Made by a program: the position numbers and the translations under genes | The notes under the pieces: model-generated | Database searches by the model: none | The model's input: the letters and a program-made list of their open reading frames with translations, nothing else | Told to the model about the DNA's origin: nothing | DNA from: Escherichia coli | GTDB lineage: Bacteria; Pseudomonadota; Gammaproteobacteria; Enterobacterales; Enterobacteriaceae | Length of the DNA: 64,000 nucleotides | Reading direction: 5' to 3' (one strand) | Assembly: GCF_044324785.1 (NCBI RefSeq) | Contig: NZ_CP172127.1 | Shown: one piece after another, positions 8,948-16,551 of the stretch | Numbering within the stretch: position 1 is the first letter of the stretch | Layout: every line of letters begins with the position of its first letter

Positions 8948-8976
8948 ATAGTACGCTATTCACCCACAGTCTGCAA
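8948..8976 (-). promoter_or_regulatory. Sigma70-like promoter of the two-gene cassette (TTGCAG, 17 bp, TACTAT)
   Basis: Minus-strand reading about 27 nt upstream of ATG 8921. Confidence 0.4.
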
Positions 8977-9020
8977 TCTGTACAGAATTATTTAAAGGCA
9001 CATCCCTGTGCCACCGCCCG

Positions 9021-9713
9021 TCAGAAGAACCCTGCTTTGTCGTTGATGTACTCCGCGTGCGTCTGGATATCACGCAGGCATTTGCTCACACCGACGATGT
9101 AGCAGAACATGGTGGTCAGCTCCGCCGCCGCGCCCGATACGTCGTGCCCGTCTTCCTGTAACTGGTTCAGCAGATTCATCAGCAGTGAGTTCTCCGTCAG
9201 GCCGAGAACACCAGACGGCGAATGAATCAGGCTGCGGTAGCCGGGCTTCAGCGGGGCGCTGTAGGTTTTGTTCTCTATCTTCATCGCCTGCATTACTGCT
9301 GACGCCGTGGCGTTGGCTACCTGGTCGGCAACCATCTTTATGCGTTCTTCCTGCGGGAGCGAGTTTTTAATGTAACTTCCGGTGCGACGGATCTGAGGAA
9401 GAACCTCACCTGTAACCCATTCAAGAAATCTGAATGCTCTCGTTCCCTCTGTCATTGCCTCTTTGCAACGCAGAATAAGGATGTAGAGACCTGATTCTGA
9501 AACGATGGATAGTTCTTGTATTCCACCAGGGGTCTGTATTGAATACAGCCCCTTTTTGTTCCAGCCTTTTTTATCAAGTTTTCTCGCTTGTGTAACATCA
9601 ATATTCAAAGCATTGCACACATCTTTGGTGACAAACCAAGGTTCTCCGTCAATCATGAACATACGGATCTGGCAGGATGACTCAAAGGAAAAGATGGAAG
9701 GTTTGGTATTCAT
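9021..9713 (-). CDS. Bro-N domain antirepressor-like protein, about 230 aa
   Basis: N-terminal FSF...IR..MIDGEPWFVTKDVCNALNI matches Bro-N/phage antirepressor signature; start ATG 9713 after AAGGTGA. Confidence 0.7.
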   Translation of the reverse strand: MNTKPSIFSFESSCQIRMFMIDGEPWFVTKDVCNALNIDVTQARKLDKKGWNKKGLYSIQTPGGIQELSIVSESGLYILILRCKEAMTEGTRAFRFLEWVTGEVLPQIRRTGSYIKNSLPQEERIKMVADQVANATASAVMQAMKIENKTYSAPLKPGYRSLIHSPSGVLGLTENSLLMNLLNQLQEDGHDVSGAAAELTTMFCYIVGVSKCLRDIQTHAEYINDKAGFF

Positions 9714-9857
9714 GGCGATCACCTTTGTAGTTAGGTTAATCACCACCGCTGAGACCAATCAGATGGTGGTGAACTGTGCAGAGTTGGTCTTACCGGCTAC
9801 AAAGGAACCCGGCGCACCTTTCGGTGCCCCCACACAGCCCACCATAGAATAGGTGCG

Positions 9858-9876
9858 CTTTACACATAAAAAAACC
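9858..9876 (-). terminator. Weak candidate terminator (4-bp GC stem plus U7) ending the LexA-controlled transcript
   Basis: Minus strand GCGG-auaa-CCGC then UUUUUUU. Confidence 0.3.
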
Positions 9877-9890
9877 GCTTATGCGGCATA

Positions 9891-9944
9891 TGTGCCTCTG
9901 TAGTAATCCGGGAGACCAATCCCGGCACTGGATTTTGCCAGTGC
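9891..9944. other. Three-way-junction forming element: 7-bp outer stem enclosing two 6-bp hairpins
   Basis: tagtaat / ccggga-gaccaa-tcccgg / cactgg-attttg-ccagtg / attacta, all perfect complements. Confidence 0.4.
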
Positions 9945-9960
9945 CTGATTACTATGGCAC

Positions 9961-9989
9961 AAGAGGAGTGCTTATATTTACCGCAAAGG
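9961..9989. other. Perfect 12-bp stem hairpin with 5-nt loop
   Basis: cttatatttacc gcaaa ggtaaatataag. Confidence 0.45.
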
Positions 9990-10023
9990 TAAATATAAGC
10001 ACTCCAGTTGGTAATTACAAACC

Positions 10024-10281
10024 TTATCTGGTTTGTTTTCGTAATTGTTCGGCACAATAGTCTAGATGTGTTTGCAGATCCTGCATAGACATCTGTGAGC
10101 TGGTGACGTAGTTAATCAGTGCAGTCAGTTCGGCAAGTGGGCCATCGACATTAAATCCATCCTTATCGAGATCCCGGAGTAATTTCATCAAGTGCGATCC
10201 CTCCACCAGTGACCTGACGCCTCCCGGCGTGTGAATCCTTTCGGTAAATCCGTCTTCCAGTGGATAGTGATACTGCTGCAT
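10024..10281 (-). CDS. 85-aa protein, stand-alone paralogue of the C-terminal domain of the Bro-N protein; candidate SOS-induced antirepressor
   Basis: ATG 10281 after GGAGAAG; alignable to residues about 170-230 of the 9021..9713 product; LexA box 22 bp upstream. Confidence 0.55.
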   Translation of the reverse strand: MQQYHYPLEDGFTERIHTPGGVRSLVEGSHLMKLLRDLDKDGFNVDGPLAELTALINYVTSSQMSMQDLQTHLDYCAEQLRKQTR

Positions 10282-10302
10282 CTTATCTTCTCCATGCAAT
10301 AA

Positions 10303-10318
10303 CTGTATAAATATACAG
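10303..10318. promoter_or_regulatory. LexA (SOS) box CTGTATAAATATACAG
   Basis: CTGT-N8-ACAG with AT-rich spacer, 18/20 match to TACTGTATATATATACAGTA including flanks. Confidence 0.65.
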
Positions 10319-10476
10319 TATCAAATAATTTGTTTGCTATCCAGCACGTTTTGCAAATCACCTGAAAGGTAATATCTTTTCGTATTTATGGATTATCTAT
10401 CCATATGTGGTTTTTCAGGTAATAGAATAACCAGATATGCGGCGCAACGGGTGCTGCGACTATCTGGAGATTTAAC

Positions 10477-13233
10477 ATGACGGTCTCAACCGAAGTTGAC
10501 CACAACGAATACACCGGTAACGGCGCTACGACATCATTTCCGTATACCTTCCGTATTTTCAAAAAATCCGACCTGGTTGTTCAGGTGTCTGACCTGAACG
10601 GGAACGTAACAGAATTGGTTCTGGATACCGGTTATACGGTAACTGGGGCGGGCACTTATAGTGGCGGTTCTGTTGTTCTTCCGTCGCCGCTTGCTGCTGG
10701 ATGGCGAATTACGATAGATCGTGTGCTTGATGTAGTGCAGGAGACAGACCTTCGCAATCAGGGAAAATTTTTCCCCGAAGTGCATGAAGATGCTTTTGAC
10801 TACCTGACGATGCTGATCCAGCAATGTTTTGGGTGGTTCAGACGTGCATTGATGAAACCATCTTTGCTTGCAAAATATTACGATGCAAAGCAAAACAGAA
10901 TTTCTAACCTTGCAGATCCATCACTTGAGCAGGATGCTGTAAATAATCGCTCAATGCGTAATTATGTTGATGCTGCAATCGCCGGAGTTGTTGGTGGTTT
11001 TGGTTGGTTTATTCAGTATGGTTCTGGAGCAGTATACCGAACGTTCCAGGATAAGATGCGGGATAACGTTAACGCTCTTGATTTTGTTCCGTTTGAGCAA
11101 AGATATGCTGCATTAAATTTTGAAGTTGATGCGTCTGAATGGTTAATTAATGCGATAAATTCTGGTGCAAGTGTCGTTAGAATACCTGCAGGTAAATGGA
11201 TGATTTCTAAGAACATAGATGTGCCTCCTGGAGTGTCATTAATTGGTGATGGCATTGATTATTGGGATACATATAGACCAGCGCCTGAAAGATTATTAAA
11301 AAGTTGGAGTAAAGGAACCCATCTTGTATTTACTGGTGATGGAGAAAAAAACAAATATTTTTTTAACATCTCTAATGAAAGACCAGTTAAAATTGTTGAA
11401 GGGATATCTTGTAAGTTCACTGAGTTTACAAATGAAGATTCTGTAGGTGTTACTCCTGCTACACCAAAAGCCATGAGCGTAGCTGTTAGTATCAACAGGG
11501 CATCACAGTTACGCAACCTGAGAATAATGGTAAGTAAAAATGGTATTGAAGGATACAATAACCCTGATTCTTATTCATTGGGTGATGACTGGGATATAGG
11601 GTTGCATGTATACGATAGCTGTGATTCAGTTATTGATAACGTACAGATTGTCGGCTATTGGAGGGTAAAAGGACTACTACTGACAGAAAATGACGGGAGC
11701 CTTTCAATGAAGGGAAATCCTGAAAAAACGCACTTTAATAACGTTTATGTCCAGTCAGGGATCGCGATAAGGAATAGCCCTCAGATTGATCTTGTAAGTA
11801 ATACTGAAAGCTCAGTGACATTTAAACATAAAAAGTCGATGAGAATAACTTCAGTTAAACAGTTTAAAATTGCTGGCAGTGAATTAGTATATACGTATTC
11901 AGATGCATCATTTGATGGAACTAACATCACACTATCTGGTATTTCTCCTGAAATACAAGGTACAATAAGTGTAATCAGGTTTCCGTCAATTGGTAATAAT
12001 TTTAGCGGGACTGTTTTTGAGAATACAGTAGCCACTACTCTTGATCATACATCAGGTAAGCCATCAGAATACTTTGGCCTTCCTGCATCCTTTGCATTAG
12101 AGGTTGATGGTTTCCCTGTTCGTAATTTAAGGTTTGATAAATTCAAAGCTCAAACAACATTTGATAAAGGAAATTGCATTTTTGGTGATTGCCGTGATGT
12201 TAAAATAACATCATCTGAGTTTGAAAATGGAATTATGATTGCGTATAACCTGACCGAGACTCAGGGTTATACAGGAAATCTTAGATTTTTTGCTTCTGAT
12301 CTTCAGAGCAGCGTTAACACAAGTGAGTTTAAACCAAGAGACGCATTTGTAGACAATAGACAAATAAAAACGGAGTTTACTGATGGTTCGTTCATTATAA
12401 AGAACTGGAGGCCTACAGATACAAAAATACAATGGTCGTCTGGAGCAGATGCTATTGTTCTTAGAGAGTCACCTGACGAACAATCAAACGGAAATATTTA
12501 CGGGCATCACATTGATGGTAAAAGATGGATTAATGTTAGTGGATATAACAAAGATATAAATATTTCATCAAGAAACTTAAGCGTAAAAAACCATGGTGAT
12601 GACTCTGCAGTTATTAATATATTCGGCGACTCTGGAAATATTGCCATTAAAGGTAATTTTTCACCAATTATTGATAACAGCAAATCTCTTGGTGCACCAT
12701 CATTTAGATGGGCACAGGTTTATTCTGCGAACGGTTCGATAAACACATCAGATGGTAGAGAAAAAAGTGAACCGATTAGTACAAGTGAGCTCAGCTTGTA
12801 TATGTCTCGTGGTTATGAAGGTGATGCAATTCTGGATGCATGGGGAGATATCAGGATTGTAGCTTTTCGCTGGCTTGATGCCGTCAGGGAAAAGGGAGAT
12901 GGTGCCCGCTGGCATTTTGGTGTTATAGCACAACAAGTGAGAGACGCTTTCCTCGCGCATGGGATTGATGGAACCAGATTTGGCCTTCTCTGTTACGATG
13001 AATGGGATGATAAATACGCGCCAGTGATGGCGGTAAGGATGATCACTAAAGTTGTGGATGGCGTCGAAATTGAGATGGAAGAAGAATACGAAACAGAAGA
13101 GCGAACTCTGGTTTGCAAGGCTGGAAATAGGTGGGGTATCCGTACTGACCAGTGTTTATGGCTTGAGTCAGCTTATTTGCGTAGAAGAATCGAAAAAATA
13201 GAATCACGTCTTGCAATGCTTGAAAGTAGCTAA
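10477..13233 (+). CDS. Tailspike/tail fibre, 918 aa: T7 gp17-like N-terminal anchor, AT-rich central receptor-binding part, C-terminal intramolecular chaperone (peptidase S74-like) domain
   Basis: ORF track; GGAG RBS; N-terminal pattern resembling podovirus fibre anchors; C-terminal SDGREK motif region; GC drop in the middle. Confidence 0.8.
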   Translation: MTVSTEVDHNEYTGNGATTSFPYTFRIFKKSDLVVQVSDLNGNVTELVLDTGYTVTGAGTYSGGSVVLPSPLAAGWRITIDRVLDVVQETDLRNQGKFFPEVHEDAFDYLTMLIQQCFGWFRRALMKPSLLAKYYDAKQNRISNLADPSLEQDAVNNRSMRNYVDAAIAGVVGGFGWFIQYGSGAVYRTFQDKMRDNVNALDFVPFEQRYAALNFEVDASEWLINAINSGASVVRIPAGKWMISKNIDVPPGVSLIGDGIDYWDTYRPAPERLLKSWSKGTHLVFTGDGEKNKYFFNISNERPVKIVEGISCKFTEFTNEDSVGVTPATPKAMSVAVSINRASQLRNLRIMVSKNGIEGYNNPDSYSLGDDWDIGLHVYDSCDSVIDNVQIVGYWRVKGLLLTENDGSLSMKGNPEKTHFNNVYVQSGIAIRNSPQIDLVSNTESSVTFKHKKSMRITSVKQFKIAGSELVYTYSDASFDGTNITLSGISPEIQGTISVIRFPSIGNNFSGTVFENTVATTLDHTSGKPSEYFGLPASFALEVDGFPVRNLRFDKFKAQTTFDKGNCIFGDCRDVKITSSEFENGIMIAYNLTETQGYTGNLRFFASDLQSSVNTSEFKPRDAFVDNRQIKTEFTDGSFIIKNWRPTDTKIQWSSGADAIVLRESPDEQSNGNIYGHHIDGKRWINVSGYNKDINISSRNLSVKNHGDDSAVINIFGDSGNIAIKGNFSPIIDNSKSLGAPSFRWAQVYSANGSINTSDGREKSEPISTSELSLYMSRGYEGDAILDAWGDIRIVAFRWLDAVREKGDGARWHFGVIAQQVRDAFLAHGIDGTRFGLLCYDEWDDKYAPVMAVRMITKVVDGVEIEMEEEYETEERTLVCKAGNRWGIRTDQCLWLESAYLRRRIEKIESRLAMLESS

Positions 13234-13247
13234 ATATTGAGGATTAA

Positions 13248-13300
13248 TCTTAGTAGCCGACTTGCTTATTACGAAGTAAGTTCGGCTTCTTTCTTCTTTA
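13248..13300 (+). terminator. Candidate terminator after tailspike (imperfect hairpin plus T-rich tract)
   Basis: agccgacttgctt...aagttcggct followed by tctttcttcttt. Confidence 0.35.
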
Positions 13301-13462
13301 ATTGTGACTGAGAGGTACACTAGACCATTTTCTGAACGAAATTTTCATTGCCGTAGAAGGTAGAAATACAGCGTTTTGAGGTAACTATTATCCTTAAATG
13401 GTTTATTATGTGTGAATCTTCAATAGTAAGGAGATTGTTATGCGTAATAAACGGTGTTCATT

Positions 13463-13867
13463 ATGTCAGCCCATCTAACTACTGATTCTTTAAATCAATG
13501 GCTTAGTGTGAGCTCTCTTGCTGCAGTTATCGTAGGCGTTCCGCCAGAGGTGGCGCTCGGTGCTCTTGCTGGTGCGGTAATTTTTGTTACCTCTGCGGTA
13601 GAGTACCCAATTCATCGTCGCGTACTCTTATCGATGCTTAGCTTTCTCTGTGGACTTCTTTTCTACAAACCAGCAGCATCAATTCTTATCGGCATAGCCA
13701 GCCTGATCCCTACCATCACGCAGGACTCTTTTGAAAAAGGGATTGTTTTCTCTGCTGGCGCATTCGTGTCAGCAATTGTCGCTGTGCGTATTGGTATATG
13801 GCTCTACCACCGTTCAGACAATCCACGCGATTTAATTCCGGGGAGAAAAGACGATGGTAACGCATGA
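13463..13867 (+). CDS. Membrane protein with multiple TM segments (holin partner or second holin type)
   Basis: ORF 13454..13867; hydrophobic stretches; start GTG 13454 or ATG 13463. Confidence 0.45.
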   Translation: MSAHLTTDSLNQWLSVSSLAAVIVGVPPEVALGALAGAVIFVTSAVEYPIHRRVLLSMLSFLCGLLFYKPAASILIGIASLIPTITQDSFEKGIVFSAGAFVSAIVAVRIGIWLYHRSDNPRDLIPGRKDDGNA

Positions 13868-14162
13868 GTTTTTTTTGCTTATCACCAATGCAGTTATTTG
13901 TACTGGCATAGCAATTCGCGTTGTCACATTCCGGCGTAACGGCTCTCAACATCGAAGATGGGGAGGGTGGCTTGCTTATTTCCTTATTGTTGCTGCGGCC
14001 AGTATTCCTGTTCGTGTCGTCTATGCAATCTGGTTACGCACGCCAATGGCTGTGGATTTATCTGAGGTCATTATCAACGCTGTCATGCTTGCCGCGGTTA
14101 TTAAAACACGCGGTAACGTTGTTCAGATTTTCAAAATATCGAGGTCTAAACATGGAGATTAA
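13854..14162 (+). CDS. Holin, 102 aa, three predicted TM segments, basic C-terminus
   Basis: ORF track; position immediately upstream of and overlapping endolysin. Confidence 0.55.
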   Translation: MVTHEFFLLITNAVICTGIAIRVVTFRRNGSQHRRWGGWLAYFLIVAAASIPVRVVYAIWLRTPMAVDLSEVIINAVMLAAVIKTRGNVVQIFKISRSKHGD

Positions 14163-14781
14163 ACAATTCCAGCGAGCTGCTGGTATTAGCGAGGCGCTGG
14201 CCGCACGCTGGTTCTCGCATATAACTTCTGCGATGAAAGAGTTTGGTATCAGCAAAGCAGAAGATCAGGCAATGTTTATTGCTCAAGTCGGGCATGAGTC
14301 TGGGGGCTTCACCAGGTTGCAGGAGAATTTCAACTACAGTGTCAGCGGACTGGCTAACTTCGTTCGGGCTGGGCGTCTCACTCAGGGGCAGGCTAATGCA
14401 CTGGGTCGCCATGCTGGTGAACCACCATTGCCACTCGAGCGCCAGCGAGCGATTGCCAATCTGGTGTACAGCAAACGCATGGGGAACAATGCCCCCGGCG
14501 ATGGCTGGAATTACCGTGGCCGCGGACTTATCCAGATTACCGGTTTGAATAACTATCGTGATTGCGGAAACGGCCTGAAAGTGGACCTGCTGGAGAATCC
14601 TGAACTGTTGGCGCAGGACGAATACGCGGCTCGTAGCGCGGCGTGGTTCTTCTCCAGCAAAGGTTGCATGAAGTATACCGGCGATATTGCACGTGTAACT
14701 CTGATTATCAATGGTGGCAGGAATGGCATCGACGACCGGCGCGCGCGGTACGTCACTGCCAGTAAGGTGCTGGCGGTATGA
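14152..14781 (+). CDS. Endolysin, glycoside hydrolase family 19 type, about 209 aa
   Basis: Internal start ATG 14152 (GAGG 7 nt upstream) of ORF 13921..14781; [11 protein letters not shown] motif typical of GH19-type endolysins. Confidence 0.8.
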   Translation: MEIKQFQRAAGISEALAARWFSHITSAMKEFGISKAEDQAMFIAQVGHESGGFTRLQENFNYSVSGLANFVRAGRLTQGQANALGRHAGEPPLPLERQRAIANLVYSKRMGNNAPGDGWNYRGRGLIQITGLNNYRDCGNGLKVDLLENPELLAQDEYAARSAAWFFSSKGCMKYTGDIARVTLIINGGRNGIDDRRARYVTASKVLAV

Positions 14782-15260
14782 TCTGGGCATTCGTAAAAGC
14801 ATACTGGAAACAGTTGATTATCGTGGCAGTGCTTGCTGTTCTGGTCATATCAGGAGTTGTTGCCTGGAATGTACACGGTATCCGTCAGTACGACGCCGGG
14901 TATGCGCAGGCGAAAGAAGACTGCAAAGCCGAAGAAGAAAAAGTTCGTCAGTACTACGAACAGGAGAAAGTGACCAATGAACGTGAAGCTCAGCAGAGGA
15001 TCGACCAGGCGCGCAATGATGCTCTTGATGCTGCCGCTAGCGCTGGCCGGTTGCAGCAACAACTCTTTGCCATCCGTGAGCAGCTCAGGCAGTATAACGC
15101 CATTGTCGGCGCTGGGTCGTCAGCCGCAGACACCGGAGTTTTGCTTGCCGACGTGCTCAGCAAATCTCTCGAGAGAAACAGACAACTGGCAGAGTATGCT
15201 GACCGGGCAGCCGAAGCCGGAAGAGTCTGCGAAAAACAGTACGACACTTTGACCAGATAG
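14778..15260 (+). CDS. Rz-like i-spanin, 160 aa, N-terminal TM then coiled-coil
   Basis: ATGA overlap with endolysin stop; TM helix then charged helical region. Confidence 0.7.
   Translation: MIWAFVKAYWKQLIIVAVLAVLVISGVVAWNVHGIRQYDAGYAQAKEDCKAEEEKVRQYYEQEKVTNEREAQQRIDQARNDALDAAASAGRLQQQLFAIREQLRQYNAIVGAGSSAADTGVLLADVLSKSLERNRQLAEYADRAAEAGRVCEKQYDTLTR
15016..15252 (+). CDS. Rz1-like o-spanin lipoprotein embedded in the Rz gene in another frame
   Basis: ORF 14977..15252; lipobox LALAGC; Ser/Pro-rich mature region; ends 8 nt before Rz stop. Confidence 0.65.
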   Translation: MMLLMLPLALAGCSNNSLPSVSSSGSITPLSALGRQPQTPEFCLPTCSANLSRETDNWQSMLTGQPKPEESAKNSTTL

Positions 15261-15364
15261 CATGGCATTTTTCATGGTACTGATTTCCGGTGACGGTATA
15301 TAAAACGGTACGGGAAAAATTGAGATTTGGAAAAATGTTATCACTCAATTGGTTATGGTTATCG

Positions 15365-15385
15365 TAAATAATTGAGTGGGAATGA
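15365..15385 (+). other. guaA: attR core region with remnant of guaA 3' end (reads ...IIEWE stop)
   Basis: att gag tgg gaa tga at 15371-15385 matches the GuaA C-terminus as I recall it, preceded by an in-frame stop where phage sequence begins. Confidence 0.45.
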
Positions 15386-15410
15386 TTTGACCCTGCACTA
15401 TGAATGAACA

Positions 15411-15440
15411 AAACCCTCTGTTACTACAGAGGGTTTTTTA
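15411..15440. terminator. Rho-independent terminator (native guaA terminator, possibly bidirectional)
   Basis: ccctctg-ttacta-cagaggg followed by ttttttat. Confidence 0.6.
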
Positions 15441-15477
15441 TCTTCAAGAATTATAGGCTTGAAGTTACTTACATCGA

Positions 15478-16017
15478 TTAATTAAACCAGCTGTCCGATT
15501 TGTTCTCTTCTGCTTTGCCCACGCTTTTCATCAGATCGCGACCGCCCTCAGTCATATTCCTGTTTGCGTCAGCTTCAGATTGCACCACATCGGTTTGCGC
15601 AGCTTTGTGCTTCAGTTCCTGATCGATAAATTCGTTTTCGCGCTTAACGCGGGCTTCTTCTTTCGCCAGCGCCAGTTTTTGTTTCTGAATCTCTAAGCTG
15701 CGTAGCTCATCTTCATAACTTTGATCGCGTTTTTTGTCCGCAGTGGCTTCGGCGTCCAGTTTATCCTGACGAGCTTTCTTATTTGCCGCTGCCGTTGCCG
15801 CTCTTTTATTAGCGGCGGCCTGGGCATTTGCGCGACGTTGCTTCTCTTGCTGGATTTCCCTGTTGCGCTCCGCGACCCATTCGTCATGCTGCCTTTGCTC
15901 TTCATTTTTACCTTGCTGTTCCGCTTCTGCGACAGCAGAGAGTTGATCCTGCAATGATGAGGCGATAGCCGGATAGCTTAAGGAGGCTAAGATGGCGCAA
16001 AGAAAAACTTTCTTCAT
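15478..16017 (-). CDS. yfgI: YfgI, 179 aa, signal peptide, charged repetitive protein
   Basis: ORF track; length and synteny with K-12. Confidence 0.8.
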   Translation of the reverse strand: MKKVFLCAILASLSYPAIASSLQDQLSAVAEAEQQGKNEEQRQHDEWVAERNREIQQEKQRRANAQAAANKRAATAAANKKARQDKLDAEATADKKRDQSYEDELRSLEIQKQKLALAKEEARVKRENEFIDQELKHKAAQTDVVQSEADANRNMTEGGRDLMKSVGKAEENKSDSWFN

Positions 16018-16032
16018 GACTCCTCCTGATTA

Positions 16033-16551
16033 TTAGCTCTTTTCAGGACATTTGGTATTTGGCTGAATACGCGTTTCGTTATACGTCGTGGTAATAACAA
16101 CGGCTAAACCTGTCGTAAACTGGCACTCTTTACCCACCTGGGTGGAGGTATACACTTTGGTGCCTTCCTTATACGTTAGAGAAACACCTTCCACTAAGGT
16201 TTTATCATTCACCATAGAACCTGCTGCCGCGCCTACAGCTCCGCCGCCAACTGCACCTGCCGTCGTTCCGGAATTGCTGCCAGACCCGACGTTGTGGCCA
16301 ATAACACCGCCAGCGACTGCACCAATAAGCGCGCCGAAGGCTTGTGCGTTTCGTTTATTTTGGGAGTTGTCTACGGCAACTTTTGCGGGAAGAATGGAAA
16401 TAATATTAACGGTTTTAGTTTCTTGTTTGGTATTCAGTTGATCGGTTTGATAAACATCGGCGGCATGATCATCAGCATTTGACTGGCATCCTGCCAGAGT
16501 GAATGACGCTAACATTGCCACAGGCAGAAGACATTTTTTAAATTTCATCAC
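16033..16551 (-). CDS. yfgH: YfgH outer-membrane lipoprotein, 172 aa, Gly-zipper region
   Basis: Lipobox LAGC; synteny. Confidence 0.8.
   Translation of the reverse strand: MMKFKKCLLPVAMLASFTLAGCQSNADDHAADVYQTDQLNTKQETKTVNIISILPAKVAVDNSQNKRNAQAFGALIGAVAGGVIGHNVGSGSNSGTTAGAVGGGAVGAAAGSMVNDKTLVEGVSLTYKEGTKVYTSTQVGKECQFTTGLAVVITTTYNETRIQPNTKCPEKS

Larger units (their letters stand above)
1..15385. mobile_element. Right-hand portion of an integrated podovirus-like prophage (virion/ejection genes, moron island, tailspike, lysis cassette, attR); left end lies outside the window
   Basis: Phage gene content and order; AT-rich cargo segments; guaA 3' remnant at right boundary; region absent from K-12 between guaA and yfgI as I recall it. 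Confidence 0.75.

Noticed and set aside
8748-8948. Plus-strand 66-aa ORF antisense to the cassette
   Set aside because: No RBS, lies opposite two better-supported minus-strand genes; likely a shadow ORF.
9891-9944. Possible tRNA or retron ncRNA
   Set aside because: Only three stems and no anticodon-arm geometry, so not a tRNA; no reverse transcriptase gene nearby, so not a retron.
9860-10057. 65-aa minus-strand ORF
   Set aside because: Coincides with perfect hairpins and a three-way junction and overlaps the 3' end of the 85-aa gene; structure rather than coding is the simpler explanation.
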